Part shown: positions 27,991-36,639 of the stretch, piece after piece
How positions within the stretch are numbered: the first letter of the stretch is position 1
How the letters are laid out: each line of letters opens with the position of its first letter
NCBI GenBank assembly: GCA_038207045.1
Contig: JBBRAF010000009.1
Span: 19,392-83,391 of the forward strand
Reading direction: 5' to 3'
Length of the DNA stretch: 64,000 nt
Source: Chthoniobacterales bacterium
GTDB taxonomy: Bacteria; Verrucomicrobiota; Verrucomicrobiia; Chthoniobacterales; UBA10450
Made by a program: the position numbers and the translations under genes
The notes under the pieces: model-generated
Database searches by the model: none
What the model saw: only the letters and a program-made list of their open reading frames with translations
What the model was told of the DNA's origin: nothing

Positions 27991-28404
27991 ATGAGAACTG
28001 ATCTAACTATCCGCGGTCGCCCGGTCACGATGGTCGCTGCCAAAGAGCGAACAATCGTCGAGAATGGAGCCTTGTTTGTGGCGCATCAGCGGCTCCGGAA
28101 AACGATTCGTCCAAATGCCGTTCGACTTCAGTCGCTCCTCAAGAACCACGACGAATCCACTTCCACCTTGCGCACCTCGGTAGGAGAGTTCGCCTTCAAA
28201 ACCACAGGACTCGGCTGCCAGCTCGAACTCATCCTCGGGAGGGTGCGTCGCGCTCTCGGTTTTTATCACTCGAGTGAGGCCGTGCTGCACGCGCTGAAAA
28301 GAGGCCGAACGGGTTTTCGCGCGTGGGATTCCTTGGAACGCGTAGCGACTGCTCGGCAAATCAATACACTTGGCCGCTGGAACAAAACGGAGAAGACTGC
28401 ATGA
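27991..28404 (+). CDS. hypothetical protein, translationally coupled to the neighbours on both sides
   Basis: 137 aa. It starts 2 nt after the sigma stop, and its TGA overlaps the desaturase ATG (ATGA at 28401-28404). I recognise no motif in it. Confidence 0.45.
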   Translation: MRTDLTIRGRPVTMVAAKERTIVENGALFVAHQRLRKTIRPNAVRLQSLLKNHDESTSTLRTSVGEFAFKTTGLGCQLELILGRVRRALGFYHSSEAVLHALKRGRTGFRAWDSLERVATARQINTLGRWNKTEKTA

Positions 28405-29402
28405 GTAACGCTTCGGTGATATCTACGCCCGAGTGTGAGGCCGGCGCGCTGAAAGAACGTACTTTCTTTCGGCTACCTCTGGATCGCATTAACTGGTTAA
28501 CCAGTTCTTTCCTTATAGGCACGCTTATCCTGACTCTAACGGCGGTCCCTCTTTACCTATACTATTTTGGACTCGACTGGTTCCAGGTAGCTCTTTTCTT
28601 TGCCATGCTGGCAGCCTGTGGGTTCAGCATCTCGTTAGGCTATCACCGTCTGTTTTCCCATATCGCTTTTCAAGCAAGCTGGCCGATCCGGCTTTTCACC
28701 TTGATCTTCGGAGCCGGCGCTTTCGAGAACTCGGTTCTGATGTGGGCGAGCGAGCACCGACGGCATCACAAACATGTCGATCATGATGAAGATCCTTACA
28801 GTATCTCAAAAGGATTCTTCTACGCGCACATCGGTTGGTTGATATTCAAGCTTAGTCCGGAGCCGCCTTACGATAACGTTGCGGACCTGCAGAAGGACAA
28901 ACTCATCCGCTTGCAGGATCGGCACGTGCACTCCATTGCGGTGGTCGTCAGCTTCCTGTTCCCGGCGGCGTTGGGGTATTTCTGGAATGGTTGGGAGGGA
29001 GCGCTCGGCGCCTTCCTGATTGCCGGTGTCGCGCGAATAGTTGTGCTGCAGCACTGCACTTTCTTGATCAACAGCGCATGTCACACCATGGGCCGACAGC
29101 CCTATTCCACCAAGTGCAGCGCGCGCGACTCCTTGTTTCTTGCCTTGTTCACTTTCGGGGAAGGGTATCATAACTATCACCACGAATTTCAGCACGACTA
29201 TCGCAATGGCGTGAAGCCCTGGCAGGTGGATCCCACTAAATGGATCATCTGGACGTTGGCGAAGCTCGGACTTGCCCGAGGTCTCCGACGTGTTTGCGTG
29301 GATAAGATTCAAGCGGCAGAACGTGCCACTCAAGCCAGCCGATTGACGGAGCGAAAAATGCCGACCTCCCAGGTGAATCCCGCAGGGACGTTCTCCTGTT
29401 AA
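28401..29402 (+). CDS. acyl-CoA (delta-9 type) fatty acid desaturase
   Basis: Three histidine boxes (HRLFSH, HRRHHKHVDHDEDP, GEGYHNYHHEFQHDY) and four TM segments. The start is placed at the internal ATG MSNASV. Confidence 0.85.
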   Translation: MSNASVISTPECEAGALKERTFFRLPLDRINWLTSSFLIGTLILTLTAVPLYLYYFGLDWFQVALFFAMLAACGFSISLGYHRLFSHIAFQASWPIRLFTLIFGAGAFENSVLMWASEHRRHHKHVDHDEDPYSISKGFFYAHIGWLIFKLSPEPPYDNVADLQKDKLIRLQDRHVHSIAVVVSFLFPAALGYFWNGWEGALGAFLIAGVARIVVLQHCTFLINSACHTMGRQPYSTKCSARDSLFLALFTFGEGYHNYHHEFQHDYRNGVKPWQVDPTKWIIWTLAKLGLARGLRRVCVDKIQAAERATQASRLTERKMPTSQVNPAGTFSC

Positions 29403-29836
29403 GCTACCCATGCGGTCTCGACCACGTTCTTTACCCACGTCGCGGCAGTTCGCTGTGTCTGAGACTGCTTTGGAGGCTCGGCTGCTTCGCCTCAGGATTC
29501 TTCACGGCGCGCAAGATCTGCTTGCCAGGATAAAACGTGTGCGAGTGGCGAGCATAGATCACAGGCAGCGAGCGCGCCAGCCGAAGCCAGGCGGGCGAAT
29601 AAAAGGCAACTACACGAATCAGCCTCAGAATTGCAGTTGAACGTCCGCTGAAATTGCGCGCGGGTCAGCCGGTTCAAGGCATTGTTTCGTCATCCTCCCA
29701 CCCTACGGAACAAAGGCCCCTCCTCGCTGACTTGAGCGCATCGCGAAAAACTGAAATCGGAGGACAGTGCTTCACTTTTGAACACGTGACGGGAGCGAGT
29801 TATAAAGGCTTCAAAAGCGAGCCGTTGCTCTGGACT

Positions 29837-30044
29837 TCAATTTTCCGGCCAGTCGCGCAGTGTCCCGCGGGCGCGCTCCTTTTCGGCATCTTCGAAAAGG
29901 CAATCGAGCTTACCCGCGACCGCATCGGCTTCGATCTGTTTGTCCCACGCCGCGTTGTCCAGTCGTACCAGGAACGCGGTTAAAGCTGTTTATCTCTTGC
30001 GGCGGTAACTCGGCAACAGCTTGCTTGATTTCGGCGAGGCTCAT
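29837..30044 (-). pseudogene. small antitoxin-like (addiction-module component-like) gene with a 1-nt frameshift
   Basis: MSLAEIKQAVAELPPQEINS is in one frame. LTAFLVRLDNAAWDKQIEADAVAGKLDCLFEDAEKERARGTLRDWPEN is in the +1 frame. The switch occurs at the TTT run at 29982-29984. Confidence 0.5.
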
Positions 30045-30134
30045 GCAGAAAGAGTCTCGCAAGGTGCGGCCGAAAATGCAATACGGGCGCGATTTAAAAG
30101 ATTGACGAATCGGATGAGAAGAACGCCAGCGTCT

Positions 30135-32519
30135 TTACGCCGCCGAGGCCGCGACTAAAGGAAGTCGGCGCTCCAACTCTTCGGTGACCTCGTCTGCCAT
30201 GACGTGAAAAAGGCGACGACTTTCTTCGGAGAAACGCCGCGGTTTGGTGTCGAGCAAGCAGATCGAGCCGACGGGGAATTTGTTCACTCGAAGGGGCATG
30301 CCAGCGTAGAAGCGAATGCCGCGTCCCTTCAGCAGCGGATTATTGGCGAAACGTTTGTCGCGGGCGATATCTTCCACGACCAGAAGCTCGTTAATCGCCA
30401 CGGTGTGCGCGCAGATGGATAGCGCGCGCGGGGCATAGCGCGCCTCCGCGATTTCGTCGGGCAGGCCGACCTGCGACTTAAACCATTCGCGCTGGCCGTC
30501 GATGAAGGCGATGAAGGCGATCGGCACTTCAAAAACGCGCACCAGACGCGCGGCCATGCCATCGAAAAATGGTTCGCTGGGTGTATCGAGCACATGCAGG
30601 GCGGCGAGCTGTTGCAATCGCGCTTCTTCGTTCTCGGGAACGGGAGCTTCCGCCATTTCGTCGGTGATAGTGCCGGAGAGCTTCGCCAACTGCACCACGG
30701 CCTCGGCGAAAGAAACGACGGTCTCGTCAGCGCCTGATTTGTGCAGACCGTGCGCGGTGTTGGCAACATTCTCGGTCGCGCCCCAAAAACCGACGACAAT
30801 TTTCGCATCTCGGAATCGTTCGCGCAGCTTGCGTGTGATATAACGCGCGTGGATGAGCGTGGAAGGCGGCACAACCGAAATGCAGATGGCGTCGCAGTCC
30901 GTCTTGGTGACCGCTTCGACGATCTCGTCGCCGGCGAGCTGAGCGGAAAAGTTTTCGGCCTCGAAGTTTTGCTGCCGTAACAGTTGCACCAACATCAGCC
31001 CGGCGATCTGATCGCGTTCGGCGCGGGCCGGCACGCAAACGACGCGACACGTGGGCGCGGGTGGCAACGCCTGCGCCTCGTCAGCGATCGTCTTGTCCGC
31101 TGCCAGTTCGGAGGGAGTGGGAGGGCGTCCGCCAAAATCCTCCGTCATCTCGACGAGACTTTCATAAACGGCCGACCGTTCTTTTTCTTCGAGCGCGCCC
31201 CGCTCCACGTCGGTCTCCGTGGCGATCACGACGGGCAAGAGCATGTTATCGTAGAGCGCGGTCAGCGAATGGGTGTCGAGATATGTTTCGGCGAGATCAT
31301 TTGCCTGGTGCGCTCCGGGCACGAGCAGGCGGTGATAACATTCTTGCGCAGGCGAGAGCGCTTCTTCTTCGCTCAGGAGAACGCTGAGAAATTCAAGCCT
31401 GGGCACGTGTCGTCCCATCACGGCGAGGCAAACCGTCAGCGGCGTGGAAAGGAGCAGACCGACGGGCCCCCAAAGCCAGGTCCAGAATAGGGCGGCGATG
31501 ATAAGCGCGATGGGGGAAACGCCCGTGCTTGATCCGTAGAGCCAGGGCTCGAGCGCATTGGAGTTGATCAACTCGAGCACCACGAAGAGGCTGATGGTGA
31601 GAATAGGCGTGAGCCAGCTGGTCGAGATGGCGAACGAAAGCAAAATTGGAACGGCCGCGCCAATCCAAGGTCCGACATAGGGGATGAAGCGGAGCACACC
31701 AGCGACGGCGCCCCATAAAATGGCATTGGGCACGCCGATGAAGTAGAGGCCGACGCCCACGAGAATGCCGTAGCCGGTGTTGACCAGGGACTGCATGGCG
31801 AGATACCGGGCCACGCGATGAGCGGCGTCGTCCATGGCGCGCGTGGTCTCGCTGATGTGACCCTGACCGATGAGGCGAATGATTCGACCACGCAAATCTT
31901 CGCGTTGGAGAAGCATGAAGATGGCGAGCAACAGGACGAGGGCCCCAGTTCCAAGTGGGCTGAGGACAGCAGCGCCTACGGTCTGCAACAATTGCGGGAT
32001 GCCCTTGTTCGACTCGACGATGCGCACCGGGACGGGCGACGCGGCGATCTCAGGAGCGTTCGGAATCGCCTTTGCAATCTTTTTTCCCGCATCGTTAAGG
32101 TCTGCATCTGGGGGCGTGCTGCTGGCGGGCAGCTCTTTCTTTATTTGCTCTACCGTTTTCTCGAAACGACTGAACACTCCGCCTGTGGGTATGCGGAAGG
32201 CGTGAATCTTCGCGGCGATGTTGGTTTGATAATCGGGTAGCTTGGTCGCCAAATCGATGACTTGCCTGGTCAAAAGCCAACCAGCGCCAGCCAGCAAACT
32301 GAATAGCATCAACACCACGAGCAGGACGGCGACGATGCGGCCGAGCCACCTTTCGAGCCGTGTGACTACCGGCGTAAGGAGAAATGTGATCAACATCGCC
32401 AGCGCCAGCGGGATGAGTATGTCGCGCCCGATGTAAAGAACGGTGATGACGACAACCATCACCAGGATCGACCAGATGCCGACCAACGCACTCGCCGAAG
32501 AGCTTTTTACTGGTCGCAT
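30135..32519 (-). CDS. AI-2E (PerM/UPF0118) family permease fused to a B12-binding-like Rossmann module and a C-terminal GAF domain
   Basis: 794 aa. The N-terminal ~370 aa is polytopic, with an AI-2E-like pattern. The middle segment is VVCVPARAERDQIAGLMLVQLL...DAICISVVPPS. The C-terminus is GAF-like (FIDGQREWFKSQVGL...SICAHTV...FYAGMPL...GSICLLD). Confidence 0.7.
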   Translation of the reverse strand: MRPVKSSSASALVGIWSILVMVVVITVLYIGRDILIPLALAMLITFLLTPVVTRLERWLGRIVAVLLVVLMLFSLLAGAGWLLTRQVIDLATKLPDYQTNIAAKIHAFRIPTGGVFSRFEKTVEQIKKELPASSTPPDADLNDAGKKIAKAIPNAPEIAASPVPVRIVESNKGIPQLLQTVGAAVLSPLGTGALVLLLAIFMLLQREDLRGRIIRLIGQGHISETTRAMDDAAHRVARYLAMQSLVNTGYGILVGVGLYFIGVPNAILWGAVAGVLRFIPYVGPWIGAAVPILLSFAISTSWLTPILTISLFVVLELINSNALEPWLYGSSTGVSPIALIIAALFWTWLWGPVGLLLSTPLTVCLAVMGRHVPRLEFLSVLLSEEEALSPAQECYHRLLVPGAHQANDLAETYLDTHSLTALYDNMLLPVVIATETDVERGALEEKERSAVYESLVEMTEDFGGRPPTPSELAADKTIADEAQALPPAPTCRVVCVPARAERDQIAGLMLVQLLRQQNFEAENFSAQLAGDEIVEAVTKTDCDAICISVVPPSTLIHARYITRKLRERFRDAKIVVGFWGATENVANTAHGLHKSGADETVVSFAEAVVQLAKLSGTITDEMAEAPVPENEEARLQQLAALHVLDTPSEPFFDGMAARLVRVFEVPIAFIAFIDGQREWFKSQVGLPDEIAEARYAPRALSICAHTVAINELLVVEDIARDKRFANNPLLKGRGIRFYAGMPLRVNKFPVGSICLLDTKPRRFSEESRRLFHVMADEVTEELERRLPLVAASAA

Positions 32520-32702
32520 TTGCTAGCTTTGTCGCCTCATCCCCTCCAAATCGAAACGCGCAGCAACGGCTAATCGGATGCGCGGTTCAGCCACCGCGCT
32601 CTTCTAAAAGTCAGAATCGTGCTTGATCCGGGCTTTGTTCATGTCGTTCGTTTGCGGCAGGGAAGGTTAGCCAGCCGCCAGCGCTTTGACCGATGGATAT
32701 TT

Positions 32703-33003
32703 TCAGGCGCTGCGTTCGATCCAAGCCTTAAAGCCGTCGTCGAAAAGCAAACGCCAGCCCTCGGCTGTGGCGCTGGGCTCCTCCAGGCAACCGAAAGTTG
32801 CCCGAATCTTCGTAGAGGCGTCCGCCCGGTTTTACCTCGAAGACGATGCGTTGCGGTGAGGTAGTGACGTAGAAATCTTTCGGCCACCAGGAATGGATAT
32901 CTCCGGTGAACGCTTTCCAGACGGCAACGTGTGGTTTCGCGATCTCCAAGCTTAGACGGTGAGTGGCGGACGTTATCGGCGTTTCAGGTTTTCTCTTGGG
33001 CAT
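32703..33003 (-). pseudogene. SRPBCC/AHSA1-like protein remnant (frameshift and apparent internal deletion)
   Basis: The N-terminal part is LSLEIAKPHVAVWKAFTGDIHSWWPKDFY...VKPGGRLYEDSGNF. A plausible C-terminus (GCLEEPSATAEGWRLLFDDGFKAWIERSA) then continues in another frame. The total is too short for the fold. Confidence 0.4.
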
Positions 33004-33397
33004 GATGGGTGTGGAGTGCGATGGACAATGCAACGCGAATAGAGCGCGGCAGTGTGGCGCCGCGATCTTTTCGAAAAGTAGAAGGCGTCACTCCGAATCG
33101 TGCCCGGAAAGCGCGCGTAAAAGTTTCGTGATTCTCGAATCCAGTGACGAGCGCGATGTCCAGCACCGTCGCGCTCGACGTCAACAGCAACCACGCCCCG
33201 CGATCCAATCGAAGCCTTCGCTGGTGCGTTCCCGGTGTCTCGCCAAGCACTTGCACCATCAGCCGATGAAATTGCCGCCGCGAAAAGCAAGCCGCTCCCG
33301 CCATCACATCCACAGGACGGGAACTGGACGTCGAACTTCCGCGACAAAGGCGAGCGACCGTCTCGCCATCCCGGAGTTTCGCGCGGGTCTTTAACAT
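32984..33397 (-). CDS. AraC-family HTH transcriptional regulator (DNA-binding domain only)
   Basis: FSRRQFHRLMVQVLGETPGTHQRRLRLDRGAWLL...IALVTGFENHETFTRAFRARFGVTPSTFR is the double HTH_18 pattern. Confidence 0.7.
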   Translation of the reverse strand: MLKTRAKLRDGETVARLCRGSSTSSSRPVDVMAGAACFSRRQFHRLMVQVLGETPGTHQRRLRLDRGAWLLLTSSATVLDIALVTGFENHETFTRAFRARFGVTPSTFRKDRGATLPRSIRVALSIALHTHHAQEKT

Positions 33398-33604
33398 CGC
33401 GCTATTATTACCGGAAGGTCGACAGCTCCGCTTGACCTTTCCTGCCATTCTTTCCTCTTTCTTCAGCCTGTCAGCGGTTCTTACAGCAATTCTACGATAT
33501 CATGCCCCAGGTAGCCGACGGCTGCGTGCTCTAAGAGCTGCCGCACCCCCCGCCAAGCGGTTTGTGCTTCCGCGGCGTCTCATTCGGCGTTTTGATATGA
33601 GGCC

Positions 33605-34283
33605 ATGGCGAAACGCGACATGCCGTGGCGACATCTCGCGCTCCTCATTTCCATCCTTTTGCTCTTCATCGCCAGTCCGTTCGTCATTCCGCTCCGGCAA
33701 GGCATTCTCTTTCTCAACATCATCGGCGCCGCCTTCCTCGTGGCCGGTTCCTACGCGCTAAGCGAACACAGAAAACCGTTCGTCATCGCCATCGTCCTCC
33801 GCGATCTCCGTCGTAGCGACCGGGCTGCTACTTACTTTCCCGCAGCACTGGGCTGCCCTTCTCTCGCACAGCTCCATTGTCGTTCTCGTCTCTTTCTTCA
33901 CTGTCAGCATTCTTGGTTATGTCCTGGGCGGCGGCAAAGTGACAGCCGACAAAATCTTCGCCGCTATCTGCGTCTACCTCCTCGTTGGCTACGGCTGGGC
34001 ATTCATCTACGCGCTGATCGATGACCTTCAGCCGGGCGCATTTCCTAATTTGTCTGTTCAGGCCAAAGACTTCTCAGGACGAGTCATGCAACTGCGCTAT
34101 TTCAGCTTCATGACTCTAACGACTGTTGGCTACGGAGACGTGGTTCCCCTCTCACCCATCGCCCGCACCATGGCCGCACTCGAAGCCATCATGGGCCAAG
34201 TCTATCTCACCATTCTGGTCGCGCGCCTCGTCGGTTTACACATCGTCCACGGCCTTGATTCGAATTCGCGGCGCGATGATTGA
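33605..34283 (+). pseudogene. potassium channel (TVGYGD pore), frameshifted between 33762 and 33813
   Basis: The N-terminal TM part (MAKRDMPWRHLALLISILLLFIASPF...FVIAIVL) is in frame 2. The remainder (SAISVVATGLLLTF...FSFMTLTTVGYGDVVPLSP...) is in frame 3, which is closed upstream by a TAA at 33759-33761. Confidence 0.65.
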
Positions 34284-34638
34284 TGTCAATGATTCGGCCG
34301 CGCCTTTTACGTTACTTAATGCGTTCCCAAACCTGAAGAATGTGACTGCTGCCAGGCTCGGAGGTAACGCTGTCGGGCGCGGTTTGCCCACCGGCGCCCA
34401 GCAGGCGCGCTTGTGGTTGTCATCGGCAGCGGGTTTAGCAATCAGCGACGCGAGTGAGGCAACAGCAACAACAAGGATAAGTGACGTGGGGCGACGCATG
34501 AGAAAGTGTATCGAAAAGCTGCCGCGAATGGAGCTCTCAATTCATTCTTTTGTCGAGGGATCGAATCCAATCCGCGGATGAGAGCGAGCGGTGGATTGAT
34601 CGTTGTTCCTTCCGCTGGAATCGGGCATGAAGTAGGGG

Positions 34639-36150
34639 ATGCTTAACCAGGGCGCCGACTGGAGAATAGAACGCGGTCATCTGTGGCCGCTGCTCGCGTT
34701 GGCGGCGGTCACGGTAACTGTGCATTGGCTGGTGGGCGGGCGTTATGGGTTTCATCGTGACGAACTGGCGACGCTGGATGATGCGCGTCATCTGGCCTGG
34801 GGTTACGTGGCGTATCCGCCGGTGACGCCGTTTTTCGGATGGTTGTCGCTCCATCTTTTCGGAACGTCGTTGGCCGGGTTTCGATTTTTCGCTTCGCTCG
34901 CCGGCGGGGTGGCGATCGTCCTGACCGGATTAATGGCGCGTGAGCTCGGCGGCGGGCGCATGGCGCAGCTTTTCGCGGCCTGCGCCACGACGCCGATGGT
35001 GGTCGTCACGGGTACGCTGATGCAATATGTCTCGTTCGATTACCTGGCGTGGGTGGCGGCGGCGTATTTTATGGCGCGCCTTTGCCGGACGAACGATCCG
35101 CGCTCGTGGCTGGCAGTGGGCGCGGCCATCGGCTTCGGAATGTTGAGCAAATACAGCATGCCGTTCCTGGTGGCTGGGATCGGCGTGGGCGTGCTGAGCG
35201 GCGATCTGCGCGCTCATCTGCGAAGTAAATGGCTCTCGCTGGGCGCGGCGCTCGCGATCCTCATTTTTCTCCCGAACCTGCTCTGGCAATGGCGGCACGA
35301 TTTCATTTCGCTCCAATTTCTCCAGCACATCCACGCGCGTGATGTGCGCATTGGCCGGACGAAAGATTTTTTGCCGGACCAAGTGACGCTGACTTTCTGT
35401 GCGCTGCCGGTTGCGCTCAGCGGATTGTTTTTTTATTTCTCGAAGCGCGGCGGGCGGCAGTTCCGGGTGCTGGGTTGGATGTTCGTGGTGCCATTCGCGC
35501 TTTTCGTTCTGGCGAAGGGTCGCGGCTATTATATGGCCGCCGGGTATCCCATCTTATATGCAGGGGGCGCAGTGCTGCTGGCCGCGTGGCTGAGCCGGCT
35601 GGCGCCGACGTGGCAGATTCTGATTGGCGGGATCGGCTGGATTGCTCTCGCTGCGAACATCGCGCTTTTCGGCGCCCTCTTCCTGCCGATCGCGCCGGTG
35701 AATTCGCCGTGGTGGCATCGGATGGTAGAGACCAATGGCGACTTAAAGGAGGAGATCGGCTGGCAGGAATTAGCGGAGACAGTGGCGCGAATCCGCGATG
35801 GTCTCCCGCCGGAAGATCGCGCGCGGGTGCGAATTCTGGCCGGCAATTACGGCGAGGCGGGCGCGCTCGATCTCTACGGGCCGGCGCTCGGATTGCCGCC
35901 GGTGATCTGCCCGGTAAATTCTTTCTGGGAGCGCGGCTACGGCGATCCGCCGCCGGAGTTGCTCATTGTCCTCGGAGCTTCCCGCGAGGATTTGAAAGGA
36001 AAATTCGGTTCCTGCGACCTCGTCGGGCACATCACTAATCGCGAAGGCGTGGCTAACGAAGAAACCCGCGACCATCCGGACATTTTCCTTTGCCGGCATC
36101 TGCGCGGCGATTGGCCAATCCTCTGGGCAAAGGCGCGAAGATTTGGGTAG
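34639..36150 (+). CDS. GT-C glycosyltransferase (family 39 / ArnT-PMT-like)
   Basis: 503 aa. The N-terminus HRDELATLDDARHLAWGYVAYPPVTPF has the DE-type loop motif of PMT_2/ArnT-like enzymes. It has about 10 TM segments and a soluble C-terminal domain. Confidence 0.65.
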   Translation: MLNQGADWRIERGHLWPLLALAAVTVTVHWLVGGRYGFHRDELATLDDARHLAWGYVAYPPVTPFFGWLSLHLFGTSLAGFRFFASLAGGVAIVLTGLMARELGGGRMAQLFAACATTPMVVVTGTLMQYVSFDYLAWVAAAYFMARLCRTNDPRSWLAVGAAIGFGMLSKYSMPFLVAGIGVGVLSGDLRAHLRSKWLSLGAALAILIFLPNLLWQWRHDFISLQFLQHIHARDVRIGRTKDFLPDQVTLTFCALPVALSGLFFYFSKRGGRQFRVLGWMFVVPFALFVLAKGRGYYMAAGYPILYAGGAVLLAAWLSRLAPTWQILIGGIGWIALAANIALFGALFLPIAPVNSPWWHRMVETNGDLKEEIGWQELAETVARIRDGLPPEDRARVRILAGNYGEAGALDLYGPALGLPPVICPVNSFWERGYGDPPPELLIVLGASREDLKGKFGSCDLVGHITNREGVANEETRDHPDIFLCRHLRGDWPILWAKARRFG

Positions 36151-36249
36151 AGGCGAATTCTTTCGCCGCGCTTGTCCTGAAGTCGCGTTGTTCTTCGTCA
36201 ATGTGGTATGAGCACAACAACCAAACTTCCCACACGGGAGGACAAAAGC

Positions 36250-36630
36250 ATGCAGACCAGGTCGAACACGTTTCTCTTCATCTTTCGCGGGGGCGCCGAT
36301 CCTAACCAGATGTCGCCGGAAGATATGCAACGGAACATGGATGCCTGGTTTGCCTGGATGAACGATCTGAAGAGCAAAGGTCACTTCGAAGCCGGCGAAC
36401 CGCTCGAAGAGGGCGGCCGGGTGTTGAAGGGTAGGAACGGCCAATCTGTGACCGATGGGCCTTACGCGGAAGGCAAGGAGGACGTAGGCGGTTTTATCCT
36501 GCTCACGGCGCGGGATCTCGATTACGCGACTGAGCTGGCCAAGGGCTGCCCCATTTTTGCCAATGGCGGCACCGTCGAAGTGCGGCCGATCCAGGACATG
36601 TCAGCCGTGCGGGCTGAGCGGGAGCAGTAA
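36250..36630 (+). CDS. YciI/DGPF-family protein
   Basis: The start is placed at MQTRSNTFLFIF, after GGGAGG. Motifs seen: W..WM..L...G......PL, and DGPYAEGKEDVGGF. Confidence 0.75.
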   Translation: MQTRSNTFLFIFRGGADPNQMSPEDMQRNMDAWFAWMNDLKSKGHFEAGEPLEEGGRVLKGRNGQSVTDGPYAEGKEDVGGFILLTARDLDYATELAKGCPIFANGGTVEVRPIQDMSAVRAEREQ

Positions 36631-36639
36631 GGTGCTCCG

